The notes beneath the pieces were generated by a model. That model saw only the letters and a program-made list of their open reading frames with translations. It did not search any database and was not told where the DNA came from. A stretch of DNA of 58,615 bases, counting the filler, from Sphacelaria rigidula (Eukaryota): assembly GCA_964200075.2 (NCBI GenBank). It is 3 parts of 3 records of this genome, joined end to end, with 100 filler letters (N's around TTAATTAATTAA, not from the genome) between each part and the next. Parts side by side here need not be neighbours in the genome. Positions count along the whole stretch, not along the records: positions 39,146 to 58,615 come from CAXNAA020000666.1; 2 more parts are not named here. One strand, given 5' to 3'. This document shows positions 53,901 through 58,615 of this stretch, piece by piece; the first letter of the stretch is position 1; each line of letters starts with the position of its first letter. Made by a program: the position numbers and the translations under genes.

Positions 53901-56900
53901 CCTCTCGGCTGTCGAGCTTCATTGTCAGCGGCGCGACCTGGGGGTCTCGGTTGGCCGCACATGGAACATCTCTTGCTCCCCGCTTTCATGCTGCACCCGC
54001 ATCCGCACTGCCATCGGCCACGGCCGCCGGTTCGCTTGCCAGTTGCAGGCTTCATCGGGTGCCCCTCCGAGCGATTACTGCAACACCCAATGTTGCCGAT
54101 ACCGCAGCTCTCCTTGGTGCTCGTACTGCTGCCGGTGCACAAAATGGGGCTCTCCGGACTCCCGCCCCGCGACTGGAGGTTGTCGCAATTCATGGAAGGC
54201 GAGCTCGATACGGAACGGATACCTGACGTCGATCGGCAAGCTGAAGAGCTCTTGTCTTTACCGCCGTCGACAGACCGGTCCAGTGGCTCAAGTGGCGGCG
54301 GCGGGGAATCTCGGCTGTCGCAAGAAACAGAATGGTTCGTCGAGGCGTCAACGAGGCCGACATCGATGTCGACATTGGCGGGAGCAGCAGCGACAGTGAA
54401 CATTTCACCGCACATGGGACAGGTCTTGCGATCCATTTTTACAACGCAACCGCACCTGCACCGCCATCGTATACCCTTGTTCGTTCTTGAGGCCGCAGGC
54501 GATGCCGGTGTTGGCTGCTTCGCTGTTGCCGCAGTCATGCTACCGGGGTTCTGGGATGACATAGGGTTGGCGACACGATGATTAGCAGTAGGGCCGGTCG
54601 AACTGCCAGAGATGGCGGCGCAGCGGTCGCGATGATGGCGGCGGCGGCGGCGGCCGCGGCTGCATTCCGGGTCCGACTGCGTCTTCTGATCATCATCCCC
54701 ACCGCCATGGTCATGTGCAAGCATCGGGTGACCCCGCTCGTCGTCAATCTGCGTTGGCCTGTCTTCATCGTCGTCCTGTGGCAACTGCTGTCCTTTGTCA
54801 GTGGTAGGTGGGACAGCAGCCGCTGAAACCACAGATCGCTCCCCTCTCCCCGTACTAATCATCGTTTGAGAGTCTCCCGCGGCAAACAACGCCGTCGTAG
54901 ACGTGTCTAGCGTATCGCCAACGTCAGTATCCCTCAATGTACCATCGTCCCCACCCACGTCGCCACGCTCGTGCTGTCGAATTCCTCGGCCCTCCTCCCT
55001 TTCATCCTTAGATATTGTTGGAGTCGCGGGCATCTTACTCCTCTTTTTGGCGGGTCCATCCCCGTCTTTGACTGTCGACGCAGCAGTAGCAGGATTCTCA
55101 CTATCTTCCTTCGCCACCTTCCCTTCCCGTAACTCCCCCTGCTTCACCTCCGTTTTTTGCACCTGGTTCGATTTACTCTTCCTTTTTCGGGCGTTTGTAC
55201 GAACCTGGAACACCGCTTCTTCGTCGGAAGACTCCGACGCTAACTCCACCGCGATAGACGACCTCCCACCTGCACTACTTCCGCCTCTCCCGCCAGTACT
55301 CTCTTGTTTCGAGCTCAACACCGACGGTAGGGGTGGCGACTTGCTCTTCGGTGCTCGAATTCCAGCTTGAAGTCCCGTCGCTGCCGCTGACTGTTTACGC
55401 GTGCCACGACTGTCGTGCTCTACGGCCGCAATGCTAGACCCGTCCATGATCGCGTCATCTCCCAGAACCTCGGTTTGGTCGGCGTTGGTGCTGCCGTCGC
55501 TCACGGCGCCGCCGTTGACGACAGGCCACCTGCTGTTCTTGCTCACGCTGTCCTCGGCTTGGGTGTGCCAGTTGTCCATCACAAGTTGCATATCGCTCGG
55601 GTCGTACAGCAGCTCCCACTCCTAGGGGATACGAGTAGCGATGAAAAGAACACGAGCATCAGGTGACCAGCGAAACAAGAAGGCTGAAGAACAGGCTCAT
55701 GCATGCTCTCCAGTTTCATGTTTTCGGTAAGGGGATGGAAGAGGGGGTGTACTCATGATGATACATGCCACAGTCTTAAGACCATTGACCTCGCATCCCT
55801 ACAAAGCCGGAACGGAGCACGCCGGGTTTTCGCCGGGCCAGGCTTGCAATCAACGGTAGGCAGGGCAGGGGTTGTCTTTGCGCTATGTCACAGCCAGTCG
55901 TCCCATATGGCTTACAAATGGCATGATACATAGGTCAAGTATGAAAGACGATGGCTCTGAGCAATACATATAATGATAATATATATAGCGAAGACAAGTG
56001 AATAAAAAGAAAAAGAAAAAAAGCAAAGCACGATCGACAGCAAGCAGCATTGATACTGGCGCAGACGACGCCAAAAAAAGAGGGGGGGGGGGGCGACAAA
56101 GACGAGGACTGCCAGGAAGAAGAAACAAACTGCCGACGACAAAATATATCCAAAGACATGTAGTACTGCTTCCGCCTGTGTATCTACACTACTACTTGTT
56201 TCCGTTTTTCGCTCGACACAAACCTGATGCTGAACAAAATCTCTCAGTCCACAGAGCACTTTAGAACGAGACGAGCGTGAAACCTGTTCGGGAACAAAGA
56301 AAACGAGACGAGTAAGGGAAAGGGCACACGCCACCACAGCGACAAATGGGGGAACGGGGACGACGGGGGTCAAGTATAATACGAGTGAGGAAGGGGCGAC
56401 GGGTGGCGGGAGGATTGATTGTCCTGGAAACAAATAACGAATGACGAACGACCTGATTATGTGTGATGACACTGCTTAATTTGGCATGATATGACAACTC
56501 CGTGTTGACTTGTGGATCGTCAAATGGTCCTGCATGCGGTGGCGAGACGCCAAAAAGCTGAGAGTCGAAACGGACGCCGTAAACCATTGGCTCCAAACCA
56601 CTGCATTGCCGTCACCATTACAATCGCCTCTACTTGCACACGAAATACTGATGGGGGGGGGGGGGTTCTGAGGAAGTGCAAGCACTGCAACCATGCGCTT
56701 ACTGTTAGACGGAGACGGGATATACGGTGCGAGGTGCATTGGCGAAAGAAAAGGGAAACACACACACATCCGTATGAATTTTCCCCTACTGTGATGCTAC
56801 CCCATGCCAAACCCAAGGGTAAGTATTGCCTGCTTCGACAAACCTCGGAACCCATTATATTGCACGTTAGAAGGGACAACTTCGAGGCGCCGTTACCTTG

Positions 56901-57835
56901 CTACAGTGGTACGTACGATGGTACGCCCCAACTTGTTCACAAACGTTTGTAGGTCCGAGACACTGGAAACAGCCTGAGCTTTGGGCGGGTCGCTTTGGGG
57001 ATTTTTTCAATCTGGGAAAAAAAACACACACACACATATACACATGTTTCACACCTTTCGGGCAACTTCTTACGGTTGGCTTGTTTGTTTGGCTACAACT
57101 TTTCAGTTTTGGAACAGAAAAAAAAAAACGTAAGAAACGGTTCAAGAGAGTATTCTGCGCCCTGTGCCCGAAAAACTGCTCCACGGAAACAAAGCTAAGG
57201 CGAGACCATTCCCAGGAGCAGGTCGACGCAGACACAGAGCACCTGACAGCTCTCCAAAAATGGCAGCGGTGCCCGCGAAACCCCGTTGCAAAAATGAGCA
57301 GCCTCCTCTCATGGATCATCAACGATTGGACTGGATTCGGAATTGTTGGGCTGTGGTGCGCTGTTCCAAAGCAAGACCGATTTCCGTTAGTGGCGGCCGT
57401 TCGTTGATGTAGAGAGGGGCCCTGCGCGAGATAAACGTGACCTTCTTGAGACCTTTTTTGTTCGTTTGCCGTCTGTAAACGTGCAACAAAAAGCAGTGCC
57501 TGTTTCTTGCACTAACGCCCTCTCCCGTCCAGAGCACACAACATTCAAACACAAGCCACGCAGCACCCCCACCGTCCACTCACACTCCCCGTCGCCCAAA
57601 AACTCCTCTGATGCCTCCACCCCAGGGCAGGGTCCGGGATGTACGGCTTCGTCCCCGGCTCCCCCATATACGCCTCTTCTAAGGTGGCCTTCTGAGCCGC
57701 GGTCAACCGCCAATCCTCGTCACCAACACCGCCGCTGTTGTTGCCGCTCCCGCCGGCGCCGCGACGTCTCCCGCCGGCCGAGCTACCAGCGCTCTTTTTC
57801 GCCGCTGGTTTGCGTTTCGATTGATGCCCCCCGAC
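41748..57835 (-). CDS. FANCM: FANCM-like DNA translocase, 5'-partial, 10 exons: join(57835-57584,56283-56224,55621-50372,50212-50153,49614-49478,48735-48658,46481-46253,45903-43447,43070-42934,41901-41748)
   Basis: GT-AG introns with consistent phases. In FANCM order: MHF-binding-like motif (DWRLTAAQKATLEEAY...WRHQRSFWATGS/VSRSSRSKVLCGLRDFVQ), long SQ/TQ-rich disordered region, MM3-like motif (YIDHEAEVDEDISDDDE...SQDSFVDD...GMYLQLM), ERCC4-like domain (LRSRPGLTIHACPLG...DLVVGAQCAVCVRS...RYARVVVIVE) and HhH pair (LLRAPTLSYPGGLFLLQAF...VPGMTAQQAAKLKRFL), ending at TAG 41750-41748. The helicase exons are not in the window. Confidence 0.85.
42934..43070 (-). CDS. FANCM: FANCM exon (first HhH)
   Basis: CAG|GTC acceptor, AG|GTGAGG donor; VTGPSLTAAQMKFLSLLLRAPTLSYPGGLFLLQAFRGRSVKEVIS. 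Confidence 0.8.
43447..45903 (-). CDS. FANCM: FANCM 2457-nt exon (RPA-binding-type helix, ERCC4-like domain)
   Basis: CAG|GGC acceptor, GAG|GTGAGG donor, 819 codons within ORF 43384..46467. Confidence 0.88.
46253..46481 (-). CDS. FANCM: FANCM exon
   Basis: CAG|C acceptor (phase 2), AAG|GTATGT donor; SQDSFVDDGPLSY...KKKKKRRLGDDEDEK. Confidence 0.8.
46744..47879 (-). mobile_element. Second composite arm-core-arm copy, in a FANCM intron
   Basis: Same arms (47879-~47530, 47205-46744) and homologous core (GAGTGGAAACACGAAAC(A/G)TGAGCAGCA...ATGGATCA). Confidence 0.75.
48165..48480 (-). mobile_element. tRNA-derived SINE-like element (head and body)
   Basis: Minus-strand head CGCGCCCCGGTGGTATAATG (A-box-like) ... 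GAGTTCGATTCCC (B box), then body GAGCTGACGCGGTGC...GCGAGACCCAAATGCAAGGCGTGTACCGG...CACGGACTTATCCCGAGGA. Confidence 0.75.
48658..48735 (-). CDS. FANCM: FANCM exon (MM3-like acidic motif)
   Basis: CAG|A acceptor, AG|GTAAAA donor; YIDHEAEVDEDISDDDEADLDDFYD. Confidence 0.8.
49478..49614 (-). CDS. FANCM: FANCM exon
   Basis: AAG|GGT acceptor, CG|GTGGGT donor (phase 2, which the next exon requires); GLSRERSQKK...FDKSSYR. Confidence 0.65.
50153..50212 (-). CDS. FANCM: FANCM 60-nt exon
   Basis: AAG|TCT acceptor, AAG|GTGAGT donor; SGVEEGALSGKKRSLGSRSK. Confidence 0.65.
50372..55621 (-). CDS. FANCM: FANCM giant 5250-nt exon: 3 C4 zinc ribbons, PHD finger, zf-HC5HC2H extended PHD
   Basis: TAG|GAG acceptor, AAG|GTGAGG donor; 1750 open codons overlapping ORF 50282..55591; canonical PHD C4HC3 (FCGVC...LLCDGEGC...HADC...WLCEPC). 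Confidence 0.92.
56224..56283 (-). CDS. FANCM: FANCM 60-nt exon (second half of MHF-binding-like motif)
   Basis: CAG|GTT acceptor, CAG|GTTTGT donor; VSRSSRSKVLCGLRDFVQHQ resembles the VxHSxRxxxxxxLxxxxE segment of FANCM. Confidence 0.7.
57584..57835 (-). CDS. FANCM: FANCM exon (first half of MHF-binding-like region)
   Basis: CAG|GTC acceptor, AGT|GTGAGT donor, 252 nt; contains DEDWRLTAAQKATLEEAYM. Confidence 0.8.
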
Positions 57836-58289
57836 CTGTTTGTTGCGTGAACCGATCAGAATATGGCAGTAAGGGTGGTGGGTGTACCATGCGGGGGCGA
57901 GCGCAGGTGAGGTTACAGTGTCAATCATGAGATGCATTTGCTGTCCAGGGTCGAACACGCGAGGAAATCGGAGAAGGGGACGGGGGTGGGGGGTACTCAT
58001 GATCTTGCATGCCGTAGTCATATGATCGTTGAGGGGGGGGATGATGGAGACACAGATGCATAGGTCAGGTGTCAGGTACGAAAGAACTGAGAGAGACACC
58101 GCAAAAAAGTGTTGGATAGGAGAAGGAATGGAATCAAGAAACAAAAAGCACGTGCTCGTATCACACGAACAATGCTTTTGATGAGCTGAGAGAGTATTTT
58201 GTCCTTCTTTTGTTTGGACGATGGGCATGGTACTTGAAACAACTCTACGTGAAGGTCTGACTGCGTCTACCAGCTTAATACAATAACCC

Positions 58290-58405
58290 CTCTCCCTTTG
58301 GGGCGCTCCATCTCGGAAGGGATGCGTGATCAATGGTCAAATGATGGAGGCAAGCAACAAATGAGTACCCCGCTCCTCCCCCTCCCCCAAACCCACCCCC
58401 TAGAC
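58290..58405 (-). repeat. Dispersed repeat shared (inverted) with 30-135
   Basis: Reverse complement of the motif above. Confidence 0.8.
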
Positions 58406-58615
58406 ACCTCCATTTCGGGTACTGCAACAGAGAGATATAGGCTACTCTTTGCATCATCGACCCTTAATATCCTTCACATCAAACCCCCCACGCTAAGTAT
58501 TCGGTCACGTTCAAAATATTTTCTCTTCACCCCTCCCCCCCCCCCCCCCCGCCCGGGTTCGGTTTCGTTTTGCTCGTTTGTTTACCGCCCTCCCACTCTT
58601 TCGTGTTTCCTTTTT

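Noticed and set aside
53352-54581. 409-aa plus-strand ORF and other antisense ORFs over the FANCM exons
   Set aside because: Shadow ORFs of GC-rich coding sequence with no recognisable motifs.

Overview
This is eukaryotic, intron-rich, repeat-rich genomic DNA. It is most consistent with a brown alga or other stramenopile, inferred from GC-rich exons, kb-scale TE-filled GT-AG introns and the DLG-type NDR kinase. The window is not one locus. It is three contigs of nearly identical length (1-19473, 19574-39045, 39146-58615; 19473/19472/19470 bp) joined by artificial 100-bp N44-TTAATTAATTAA-N44 spacers. Contig 1 carries 9 exons of a minus-strand NDR/LATS-family AGC kinase (3' end runs off the window), with MITEs, SINE-like repeats and an RTE-like LINE fragment bearing an inverted duplication. 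Contig 2 has no intact gene. It is a nest of Tc1/mariner-type (Stowaway-like) MITEs, tRNA-derived SINEs and short repeat arrays, plus a near-perfect 90-nt hairpin and probable remnants of a large decayed DNA transposon (SWIM-like and Ulp1-protease-like traces). Contig 3 carries the 3' ten exons of a minus-strand FANCM orthologue (MHF-binding motif, MM3-like acidic motif, ERCC4-like and HhH domains). Unusually, it also encodes three C4 zinc ribbons, a PHD plus extended-PHD (PZP-type) chromatin-reader module and an RPA32C-binding-type helix. All exon models were built by hand from splice signals and reading-frame phase; no database searches were run.
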